A DNA stretch of 24,715 bases from a virus. Taxonomy: Duplodnaviria > Caudoviricetes. The DNA lies in the IMG/VR virus record IMGVR_UViG_3300014169_000024, positions 1 to 24,715 of that record; one strand, 5' to 3'. Within the stretch, counting starts at the first letter, position 1; each line of letters starts with the position of its first letter. A program made the translations under genes and the position numbers. Below, piece by piece: positions 8,950 through 16,737 of this stretch. The notes under the pieces were generated by a model. It was given only the letters and a program-made list of their open reading frames with translations. It had not been told where the DNA came from and did no database searches.

Positions 8950-10039
8950 CAATTATTTTTCTTGTGTTTGCACAGATCCCCCCTATGGGTTATTATTTAT
9001 GGGAAAAGGATGGGATCATGAAGTGCCAGGAGTCGAATATTGGAAAGAGTGCTTCCGTTGTATCAAACCAGGAGGCCATATCCTTGCCATGGGCGGATCT
9101 AGAACTTTTCACAGACTCGCTTTTGCAATGGAAGAATCAGGGTTTGAGCTTCGAGATACAATTATGTGGATCTACGGATCAGGATTCCCTAAGAGTCATA
9201 ATCACTTCGGTATCAGCGGCTTCGGTACAGCCTTAAAACCCGCGTATGAACCCATCATAATGGCAATGAGACCATGCGATGGGACATTCAAGCAGAATTA
9301 TGAGAAATGGGGTCAGGCTGGGATTAATATTGATGGGTGTAGGATTGAAGGTCAGAAACCCCCATGCAATAATACGTCTTTTGTTTCTTGGAGAAATTTA
9401 GAAAATCGAAATGACATTCAACCGGCAAAACAAACTTATGACCAGTCAAAAGGCCGCTGGCCCACAAACATCATATTCGATGAGGAAGCAGCTAAGATGC
9501 TCGATGAGCAGAGTGGGGAGCTATCGGGGCCTAAAAAAGAAAGAATAGGAAGAAAAGGCGGCAAGGGCTTTGGCTTTTTCGATGATGAAAAAACAGCGAA
9601 TATGAATTCCAGATGGCCTGGTGATTCAGGTGGGGGTGCATCCCGCTTCTTCTACTGCGCAAAGACATCATCGAGGGAAAGGAATGAGGGATTGGAGGGG
9701 ATGCCTGATGTTCCTGGGGGTTCAAATGCCAAAGGATATACGCTCGATGTAGCCAATGGAAATGATAGAAACAAGCCGACCAAAAATTATCACCCCACAG
9801 TCAAACCCCTAAAACTCATGCGCTACTTAATCACCCTCATCATGCCACCAAAAGATGGCATATTACTCGATCCATTCGCTGGTTCTGGCTCAACGATTAT
9901 CGCCGCGCATCAGCTAGGCGTCAAAGCCATTGGCATCGAGAAACAAGCCGAATATGTAGAGATTGCAAATAAACGGCTGGAATACTACATGAACACTAAA
10001 GAAGATAAAGACTTAGATCTATTTGATACAGCGGTTTAG
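8894..10039 (+). CDS. N6A/N4C DNA methyltransferase, beta class
   Basis: TDPPY near the N-terminus; HPTVKP and LDPFAGSGST near the C-terminus. Confidence 0.92.
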   Translation: MDCKIIQGDCLEVMRSYPDNYFSCVCTDPPYGLLFMGKGWDHEVPGVEYWKECFRCIKPGGHILAMGGSRTFHRLAFAMEESGFELRDTIMWIYGSGFPKSHNHFGISGFGTALKPAYEPIIMAMRPCDGTFKQNYEKWGQAGINIDGCRIEGQKPPCNNTSFVSWRNLENRNDIQPAKQTYDQSKGRWPTNIIFDEEAAKMLDEQSGELSGPKKERIGRKGGKGFGFFDDEKTANMNSRWPGDSGGGASRFFYCAKTSSRERNEGLEGMPDVPGGSNAKGYTLDVANGNDRNKPTKNYHPTVKPLKLMRYLITLIMPPKDGILLDPFAGSGSTIIAAHQLGVKAIGIEKQAEYVEIANKRLEYYMNTKEDKDLDLFDTAV

Positions 10040-10045
10040 AAATAC

Positions 10046-10501
10046 ATGCCAAGCGCACCTAAAACTATTAAAAGACCCAAGCATAGGCCATTGTTAGATA
10101 TTGATTGGAATGTCGTTGATGATTTCCTTGAAACTGGATGTCCGACAACCAAAATTGCCGACGCAATAGGCGTATCTCCCGACACCCTTTATCGCCGTTG
10201 TGAAGAAGAAAAGGGTATGACTTATACGGCATATTCACAACAAAAAAGAACTAAGGGTGAAGCTTTATTATTTAAAGCGCAATTTGATAAAGCAATTGGT
10301 AGAGCAGACATTGGGGATAGTTCTCTTTTAATTCACCTTGGTAAAACTAGACTAGAACAGCGAGAAGCCGCCATCGTCACAGCAACCCCAGAACAAGAGA
10401 AGAACTATCGCACTGTCATCGAACAGCTTGCGGAATTACAGGCAAATAGGCAAAATCAATCCTCAGAAAAGAAAAATGAGGAGAATGCGAATGAACTCTG
10501 A
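10046..10501 (+). CDS. terS: terminase small subunit (HTH type)
   Basis: GC...IA.AIGVSPDTLYRR HTH and GD..LLIHLGK.RL.Q motif. Confidence 0.7.
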   Translation: MPSAPKTIKRPKHRPLLDIDWNVVDDFLETGCPTTKIADAIGVSPDTLYRRCEEEKGMTYTAYSQQKRTKGEALLFKAQFDKAIGRADIGDSSLLIHLGKTRLEQREAAIVTATPEQEKNYRTVIEQLAELQANRQNQSSEKKNEENANEL

Positions 10502-10829
10502 CATGTTTTTCACCTACTGCATGATCGCTATTTGTGCCATAGATAGTCTAATTGTGATTTGTATATGGCTAATTTCACGTCGACTGAACTCAATTCAGAA
10601 GCAAAACGGCTACATCATGGACGAGTTAAATAACATGAGGAACGATGTTGAGTATAAAGCATCCGAAATCGGGTCTCGTTTTGAAGATATAAAAGAGCGA
10701 CTTATATTTCTTGAATCATCAGCTCTCTACACCATGCCTATTGAGCCAGCACAACTCAATCCCCGAAGTGCTGCGGCCAGAGAGGTGTGGAAGCAAAGGA
10801 AGATGAAGAAGTTGGAGAAAAAGGAGTGA
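10491..10829 (+). CDS. membrane-anchored coiled-coil protein
   Basis: N-terminal hydrophobic helix followed by heptads. Confidence 0.6.
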   Translation: MNSDMFFTYCMIAICAIDSLIVICIWLISRRLNSIQKQNGYIMDELNNMRNDVEYKASEIGSRFEDIKERLIFLESSALYTMPIEPAQLNPRSAAAREVWKQRKMKKLEKKE

Positions 10830-11110
10830 GTAAAACTTGCATAAACCATCCGAATATTCCGGTATATGTATATGACAAGCTGTGTGAATCTATTTGGTGT
10901 GAGCTATGCTTTGATATAATCAACAAATCATATCAGGACGCGTATAAAATTTGGAGCGAACACTTTGAGGAGAAGAAGAAGGTCGAACAAAACCCACTCC
11001 CTCAAAACTGCACGTTCTGCAATAATCCCGAATCGTTTCTTTCCGTAAATACGTGTTGCACTGGATGTAGCAAACTTCCCGTGAGCAATACAAAGGAGGA
11101 AAAAGGATGA
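10826..11110 (+). CDS. Cys-rich putative zinc-binding protein
   Basis: CxxH and CxxC motifs; GTG start after AAGGA overlapping the previous stop. Confidence 0.55.
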   Translation: MSKTCINHPNIPVYVYDKLCESIWCELCFDIINKSYQDAYKIWSEHFEEKKKVEQNPLPQNCTFCNNPESFLSVNTCCTGCSKLPVSNTKEEKG

Positions 11111-11224
11111 GAATGGATGAAGAAAAAGTCCTAAAAGCAATGGCAAATTATTGTTTGATGGAATGTATGCGAAACGAAGTGATTTATGGTATATTTTGTT
11201 TGGATAAAGACATTCCTGAAGATG

Positions 11225-11494
11225 TTAAAGGGTCTGCGATTCAGCTTGTGAATCCGGAGAAGAAGGATGGATAACATAGATATCATTTCCAATGTAGGAA
11301 AATCCTCCTTTAAAAGGCGTTCCCCACAGAAGATTTAAGTTTTTCATTCTTTCTTCAGGTGTTTCACCGAGATCTTTGTAAGCTGGACTACATAACTTAC
11401 AGCACATTTTCCCTTCAAAAACAGTATCACAATAAAATCCATTTCCACACGGACATTTTTCTGGAACATTCGAAGTTGTTCGGTTTTCTTGCAT
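11225..11494 (-). CDS. Cys-rich hypothetical protein
   Basis: CPCG...C...CCKLC; opposite strand to its neighbours. Confidence 0.5.
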   Translation of the reverse strand: MQENRTTSNVPEKCPCGNGFYCDTVFEGKMCCKLCSPAYKDLGETPEERMKNLNLLWGTPFKGGFSYIGNDIYVIHPSSPDSQAESQTL

Positions 11495-11680
11495 TTAAAT
11501 TAATCCTTTTATATATCCAAATTTATCGTTCGCCATCGTAAATGGCATCTCGCCGGCCGCGTTAAAGCCATTATATCGCTGAACTGCGTTACGTTCAACC
11601 GATGTATCTGAAAACGGACTGTAGTACGTCATCGTCCACGGATCAATACGTCAATAACATTCAATCCATAAGGATTAGAA

Positions 11681-13541
11681 ATGTCTATTACGACAACTGG
11701 CAATTTAGGCCCATTGATCTTGCAAAGCTTAGCTCCTGCAATGCTCTATGTTCCTACGCCAACAATGAACTATATTACTATTTGCGACAAAGTTTCGATG
11801 CCCTCCAATGGTGGGACGACTTGCCGCTTTATGAGGCCAAGAGCCTTACAACCGCCAACTATCCAGTTGGGAAATTCTGGGATTGACCCCCCAGCACAAG
11901 TGCCACAAAGAGACATCATTGATGCTCAAATGGCGTTTTTCGGTCGATTGCAAAATGCTGATAGTGAGTTACTTGCAGCATAACCTGTGCCGAAATAGTT
12001 GATGGTTTGCGACAGGATGTATCATCAACGAGCAAGTGATCCTAAAATAAAAATTTGACTTGTGGGATCACTGTTTTAATGTTGTAGGTTAGGATGATGA
12101 AGATTAGGACGAATATGAAGAGATTTAAGCTCCAAATAGCAACGATGACGAATAGCAATGTCTGCCTCGGGTACTTTTTGTATACCTTGTTTACCTTGTT
12201 TCGCTTGATTTCTATACGTGCCTCGAATCTCATACATTATTTCAAATTCTCTTCGTTTAATGATGGAATATGGAATCAAAAGAGTGCAGAACTCTCTGAT
12301 TCTATAGATAGGACAATACCATCTCCAAATGGGCCTTCGAATAACACCAGACTTTTTGTCGGTGGGAATGGATCGGATAATTCCGTCTATTCTTTCTTGA
12401 AGCCATGTAAGGAGTTTCATCTCGGTGTTTGTAACCGCGATGTATGTCTGATAGATTGGGCTTTTGCAATCTTTGGCTCTTGTAATGGGCCTAGATATAT
12501 GAATAGACCCTTCTCCATCCATAATTCCTGCGAGGTATCCAATCTCTTGCTCAGAGAGGGTTCTTCCGTAAAAATCAGTCATGATTTACCTATACTGCAT
12601 TATTGTGGAGCACTGTAACATATGCTACATATTACTGCAACCATTAAAGCTATAAATTCCGCTATATGCTGGAAACTCCTAAAGCTATCAGTACCAAAGT
12701 GTGAAAATCTGATAGATGAACAATGGACAATCAGCAGGGAAGGCCCAACTGGGAACCCTCAGAGACTACACGCGGAACACGAAAGTGAAGATATAGTCCG
12801 ATCTTATGTGAGAGCATAAGAGATTAGCAGAAATGCCTAATCCCCTCGCAAGAGGAGTAACAATAATGTCAAGATCAAGAGGGTGTTTTAGCTTGGGTAA
12901 GCGAACGCTTAGCCGTAGCTATGCGTCAGGCTGAGGACTTGATTTTAAGAGATTATATTATAAGCGCAGCTAGCGAAATCAATGCCGGCGGCGGAACTAA
13001 TGGTGACAATCCAACCAATCTCGGTGTATCCGACTTTAGCTTGGTTGCCACTACTTTAGATACCAATAATGCGTATAAATTTACGTCTGGTATCGAAGGA
13101 ATGGATCGCTTTGGTACAGGCCCAGTCCGTTCAGCATACTTTATGCTGTCGTCTACTGAGCTGCAAACCGATATGGATGGCTTAACTGGTTCAGGATTTT
13201 TGTCCCAGTGGAATTATCCTACTAACAGCTCTGCGCTTCCAAGTGAATTTGGATCGGTATTTAACATCCGAATTCTGACCTCATCTGAGGCTCCAGTAGC
13301 TCGCGGTGCGTCTGCTAATAATAACGATGTTTACTATAACACAGTTACAGGAAAGCAGGGCGTTACGCATATAAATCAAGATGGCTTCTCAATGAATCTG
13401 ATTTATAGAGATCCTTACTATTCTGGGATGTTAGCCCAGAATGCGACCTTGGCCGTTAAATTCGCCCAAGCGCAGGCTCTCACCCAAGACACTGCCGTGC
13501 GCAATCTCCTTTGCACACGCTTAAGCAATCTGGGGGTGTAA
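11681..13541 (+). CDS. major capsid protein, N4-gp56-like; spliced join(11681..11944,12012..12043,12869..13541), 322 aa
   Basis: Joined exons total 969 nt in one frame: ..QMAFFG|TGCIINEQVIL|QDQEGVLAWVSERLAVAMRQAEDLILRD..; also EFGSVFNIR and DPYYSG.LAQ motifs. Confidence 0.88.
11945..12011 (+). other. 67-nt coreless group I-like mini-intron
   Basis: Exon ends in U, insert ends in G; GCCGAAA(11989) pairs with TTTCGGT giving a U.G at the junction; CCTGT(11984) pairs with 3' exon ACAGG. Confidence 0.75.
12044..12868 (+). mobile_element. group I self-splicing intron (825 nt)
   Basis: P1 GTGATCCT/GGGATCAC with U.G; P3 TTCCGC/GCGGAA; P4 TGCTG/CAGCA; P7 GACTA/TAGTC in CAGAGACTACA and AAGATATAGTCC; GNRA-capped P8/P9; terminal G. 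Confidence 0.95.
12076..12582 (-). CDS. single-motif LAGLIDADG homing endonuclease, antisense within the intron
   Basis: YLAGIMDGEGSI motif; own promoter TTGCAG(12640)-17-TACAGT. Confidence 0.9.
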   Translation of the reverse strand: MTDFYGRTLSEQEIGYLAGIMDGEGSIHISRPITRAKDCKSPIYQTYIAVTNTEMKLLTWLQERIDGIIRSIPTDKKSGVIRRPIWRWYCPIYRIREFCTLLIPYSIIKRREFEIMYEIRGTYRNQAKQGKQGIQKVPEADIAIRHRCYLELKSLHIRPNLHHPNLQH

Positions 13542-13542
13542 T

Positions 13543-14679
13543 ATGACTGAATACTCAAGATCAGCAAAAGGTAGCTTTACACAAGCAGCGACTGGTAATA
13601 ACGTGGTGATTTATCTCCCGTTCCAACCAACTCGTGTTGATTTAGTAAACTACACAGCATTTGCAAACTTTGCCGCCTCTGATATTCCTGAAGCTCATTG
13701 GGATGTCATTATGGGACAAGGCACTGCCGCTTGTACCTATGTAGGTTCAGGCCCTGTCTATTCAACTGCTGTTGTTACCGCTAACGGTATCAGCACATTT
13801 GGTGCAGGTCTTAGCCTCCAATTTGGTGCTAAACAACAGATTGCAAGCATTGCGAAAGCAAGCCCAACTGTTGTGACTACAGCATCAGCTCACGGATATA
13901 ACGTGGGTGATGTTGTGATGATGGAAGGCCTTTATCAGTCTTCAACGACTGGTATGCCTCAAATGTCAGGAATGCTTTTCCAAATTACTGCTGTTGGTAG
14001 CACAACTACTTTCACAGTGACTTGGAACTCAAACCAATCAAATTATACCGCTTTATCTGGTTCTCCAACTGGCGCATATGTAATGAAGGTTTTATACCCT
14101 TTCTTATATCTGCCAGGACAGAACTTTATTGAAGCGATTAACACAACGACAGGTTTGATTACTACCACAACTAACCACAATTATGTCGTCGGACAGCAAG
14201 TGGCGTTTAGAATCCCAACTCAATGGGGTACTACTCAGCTAAACTCTCTGCCTGATACATTAATTCCTGGTCAGCCAATTTACTATTATGTGTCTGCGGT
14301 GAACTCAAATACCACATTCACAATTGCAGGGTTCCCAACTGGAGCAACTGCATATACATCAAACATTGCAGTTTCTGCGGTTCCAGGCTTAACACCTCCG
14401 CAAGTTGTTGCAGTTGGCGATGTAAATAGTGGTGGTTTCCCATATACTGGCGGAGCGCTCTATCCAAGTCCAACTTTCCCAACATTCTCTGGTGGAGTGA
14501 TGACGATGAATGGCCCTGGCATTGCAGGTGCATTTGTCAACAACACACGTCAAGGATTTGTGATTGGATCTGGTAATGCTTCGTATCAAGGCACACCAGA
14601 TACATCATCTCATTTGTCTGGAGAGACAAGTGACGTGATATACTGGCAAGCTTTTATTGATGATTTGAGCTCTCCCTAG
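13543..14679 (+). CDS. virion structural/decoration protein with repeated beta domains
   Basis: Follows the capsid gene; T/G/S-rich; two 'TT...H.Y.VG..V' repeats. Confidence 0.7.
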   Translation: MTEYSRSAKGSFTQAATGNNVVIYLPFQPTRVDLVNYTAFANFAASDIPEAHWDVIMGQGTAACTYVGSGPVYSTAVVTANGISTFGAGLSLQFGAKQQIASIAKASPTVVTTASAHGYNVGDVVMMEGLYQSSTTGMPQMSGMLFQITAVGSTTTFTVTWNSNQSNYTALSGSPTGAYVMKVLYPFLYLPGQNFIEAINTTTGLITTTTNHNYVVGQQVAFRIPTQWGTTQLNSLPDTLIPGQPIYYYVSAVNSNTTFTIAGFPTGATAYTSNIAVSAVPGLTPPQVVAVGDVNSGGFPYTGGALYPSPTFPTFSGGVMTMNGPGIAGAFVNNTRQGFVIGSGNASYQGTPDTSSHLSGETSDVIYWQAFIDDLSSP

Positions 14680-14735
14680 ACCTTAATTAGTCAATATGTT
14701 AGATTACCCTCCTATTAATTTAGGAGGGTTTTTTT
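14677..14735 (+). terminator. terminator-like hairpin containing the HNH RBS, with an upstream promoter
   Basis: ACCCTCCTA/TAGGAGGGT stem plus T-tract directly before ATG; TAGACC-17-(TG)TAGATT. Confidence 0.7.
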
Positions 14736-15326
14736 ATGCCAAGATGGCCAGGTCGATCTTTGCAAATGAGGAAAATTTGTACTATTTGTAAAACAGAAAA
14801 AGATAGAAGTGAATTTCCTTCTCAACGAGGAAATTATGTAAAAGAAAAATGCAAGCCTTGTCATACTGCTTTCAATAGAGAAAGGCGAATTAAATGGAGA
14901 AAAGAAAATCCAAAAAAATATCAAGAGCATTTAGATAAAAAGTTTATAGAATATCGTCTAAAAAGAGGACTTGATCCAAAAAGGCAAAGAAAGCCCCATC
15001 GAAAGTTTCAAGGGAGTATAAATAATGGTGGCTATAAAGAATTTAGAGGCCAACGTTTTATGTCCCATCCGTGTTGTGACAAAAGAGGAAGAATTTTAGA
15101 ACATAGAATGGTTATGTATGACCATTTAAAGAGGGCTCCAATAGGAGAAGAAACGGTACATCATAAAAATGGAATCCGAACAGATAATCGGATTGAAAAT
15201 CTTGAGTTATGGACTAAAAATCATGGTCCTGGTCAACGTGTGGAAGATGTCTTAAACTTCTGCATTGAATTCCTGAAAAAATACGGATATGAAGTTATAA
15301 AGAAAGAAGATATACGTATAGATTGA
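14736..15326 (+). CDS. free-standing HNH homing endonuclease
   Basis: EHRMVM..HL.R...ETVHHKNGIRTDNRIENLELW; N-terminal CxxC...CxxC. Confidence 0.92.
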   Translation: MPRWPGRSLQMRKICTICKTEKDRSEFPSQRGNYVKEKCKPCHTAFNRERRIKWRKENPKKYQEHLDKKFIEYRLKRGLDPKRQRKPHRKFQGSINNGGYKEFRGQRFMSHPCCDKRGRILEHRMVMYDHLKRAPIGEETVHHKNGIRTDNRIENLELWTKNHGPGQRVEDVLNFCIEFLKKYGYEVIKKEDIRID

Positions 15327-15382
15327 AGCTTTCCTGGGCCAAAGAATTTCTTGAAGAATATGGATACAAAGTAGATAGATAA
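15326..15382 (+). pseudogene. relic C-terminus of a second HNH gene
   Basis: KLSWAKEFLEEYGYKVDR* mirrors VLNFCIEFLKKYGYEV of the intact HNH. Confidence 0.65.
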
Positions 15383-15391
15383 AATTAAACC

Positions 15392-15835
15392 GTGGGGTTT
15401 AATGTGTCTGTCATCTCATATCCAGTTCCGCTCTATGCCAATGTCCCTCCAGAACCCCAATATTATACTCCTTGGCGTTTTGTTATATCAGCTATATCTC
15501 TTGGAGCTACAACTAACATCACGATGGTAATTCCCGCCATAACTTCATTAACTTACGTTGTGGGGCAATTAGTCCGATTAATTATCCCTCCAACATTCGG
15601 ATGTAGGCAATTGAATGGAAAAGAGGCTTATGTCATCGCAGTTAATCCACCAAATCAAGTCACACTTCAGCTTAATTCCTCTCAGAACGTAGACCAGTAC
15701 ATTTCTTCTAGTCAACCAACGAAAGCTCAAATTCTAGCAATCGGCGACATCCTTGCAGGAGCAACAAATAATAATGGTACACAAAATCAAACAACCTATG
15801 TTATTGGTGCTTTTATAAACGTTTCACCAAATTGA
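15392..15835 (+). CDS. virion structural protein, partial paralog of 13543-14679
   Basis: YVVGQLVRLIIPPTFGCRQLNG resembles YVVGQQVAFRIPTQWGTTQLNS. Confidence 0.7.
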   Translation: MGFNVSVISYPVPLYANVPPEPQYYTPWRFVISAISLGATTNITMVIPAITSLTYVVGQLVRLIIPPTFGCRQLNGKEAYVIAVNPPNQVTLQLNSSQNVDQYISSSQPTKAQILAIGDILAGATNNNGTQNQTTYVIGAFINVSPN

Positions 15836-15842
15836 GGATAAT

Positions 15843-16424
15843 ATGTCAGCAAAACCAAAGAATTTAAACTCAGCGTCAGAAAAAGAACTAGATAAAGCAC
15901 AAGAGCAGTTTGATCAATTCGATAAAGAAATCAAAGAAATGACTCTTGATCGAATGAATATGGCTCCTAAACAAGAAGTCGAGCCGCAAACTAAGATGTC
16001 GCAGAATGAGATTGCGAATACCAAGGATATCTATTTAAAACCTTTGAAAGTCATTAGTTGTAAAGAAAAGTTTAACGAGAAGTTCCGGGACGATTACAAC
16101 TTCCAGAAAGAATACGTCAACTTCATCGCAGAACATAAAGAACTCATCGGCGAAAGCATTCCTATTTGGACTCGTCCTTTTCCTGGCATGCCAGCTGAAG
16201 AATGGGAAGTTCCGACTAATACGCCAGTTTGGGGGCCGCGCTATCTAGCAGAGCAAATCAAGCGTAAGTTTTATCATAGATTAATCATGAAAGAGACTCC
16301 TAGACAGCAAACAGGAGCAGGAATCTTATACGGCAATATGGCCGCTGACTCAATAATTCCACGCCTCGATGCACAGCCCGTTACCAAACGCAAGTCTGTG
16401 TTCATGGGCGATAAACCATTTTAA
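15843..16424 (+). CDS. hypothetical protein (morphogenesis region)
   Basis: 193-aa ORF with GAGGA RBS. Confidence 0.7.
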   Translation: MSAKPKNLNSASEKELDKAQEQFDQFDKEIKEMTLDRMNMAPKQEVEPQTKMSQNEIANTKDIYLKPLKVISCKEKFNEKFRDDYNFQKEYVNFIAEHKELIGESIPIWTRPFPGMPAEEWEVPTNTPVWGPRYLAEQIKRKFYHRLIMKETPRQQTGAGILYGNMAADSIIPRLDAQPVTKRKSVFMGDKPF

Positions 16425-16444
16425 CCATAACAACAGGAGAAAAT

Positions 16445-16549
16445 ATGGCTAAGAAAAAAGAAAAACACAAAGAAAAAGCAAAGCTCGGACATAACGCCGA
16501 GATGATGGGAAAAGGCAAAATGCCCATGAAGAAGAAGGGATGTAAATAG
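16445..16549 (+). CDS. 34-aa Lys-rich peptide
   Basis: MAKKKEKHKEKAKLGHNAEMMGKGKMPMKKKGCK with AGGAG RBS. Confidence 0.55.
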   Translation: MAKKKEKHKEKAKLGHNAEMMGKGKMPMKKKGCK

Positions 16550-16737
16550 TGGAAGAAGTTTTCTTTCTTATTCATTTGGTGCCAGATCATCCCGAACTAA
16601 ATAGATTGGTTACGGGTGTATGGTCTTCTTATGAAGGAGCAAAGAAAGCCTTTGATCATTTTAAAGCAAATCGCCCTGATTTTGATTATGGAATAGCCAG
16701 CTATCCAGTCTTAAAAGAAGGGGAGGGGTTACCTTAA
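16549..16737 (+). CDS. hypothetical protein
   Basis: Coupled ORF. Confidence 0.55.
   Translation: MEEVFFLIHLVPDHPELNRLVTGVWSSYEGAKKAFDHFKANRPDFDYGIASYPVLKEGEGLP

Noticed and set aside
8464-10039. Type II restriction-modification pair
   Set aside because: The nuclease resembles the homing PD-(D/E)XK family and interrupts a duplicated MTase start, so insertion explains it better.
11602-11886. 94-aa ORF overlapping the capsid start, and similar short overlapping ORFs in the track
   Set aside because: Alternate-frame or antisense shadows of well-supported genes, with no recognisable motifs.
11945-12011. Sequencing frameshift or T4 gene 60-type ribosomal bypass
   Set aside because: The insert is 67 nt with precise two-exon guide pairing, there is no stop codon next to a take-off codon, and no matching in-frame GGN landing codon. 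Disfavoured, not excluded.
12094-12819. Plus-strand ORFs 12094-12618 and 12622-12819
   Set aside because: Shadow of the LAGLIDADG gene and the ribozyme core, respectively.
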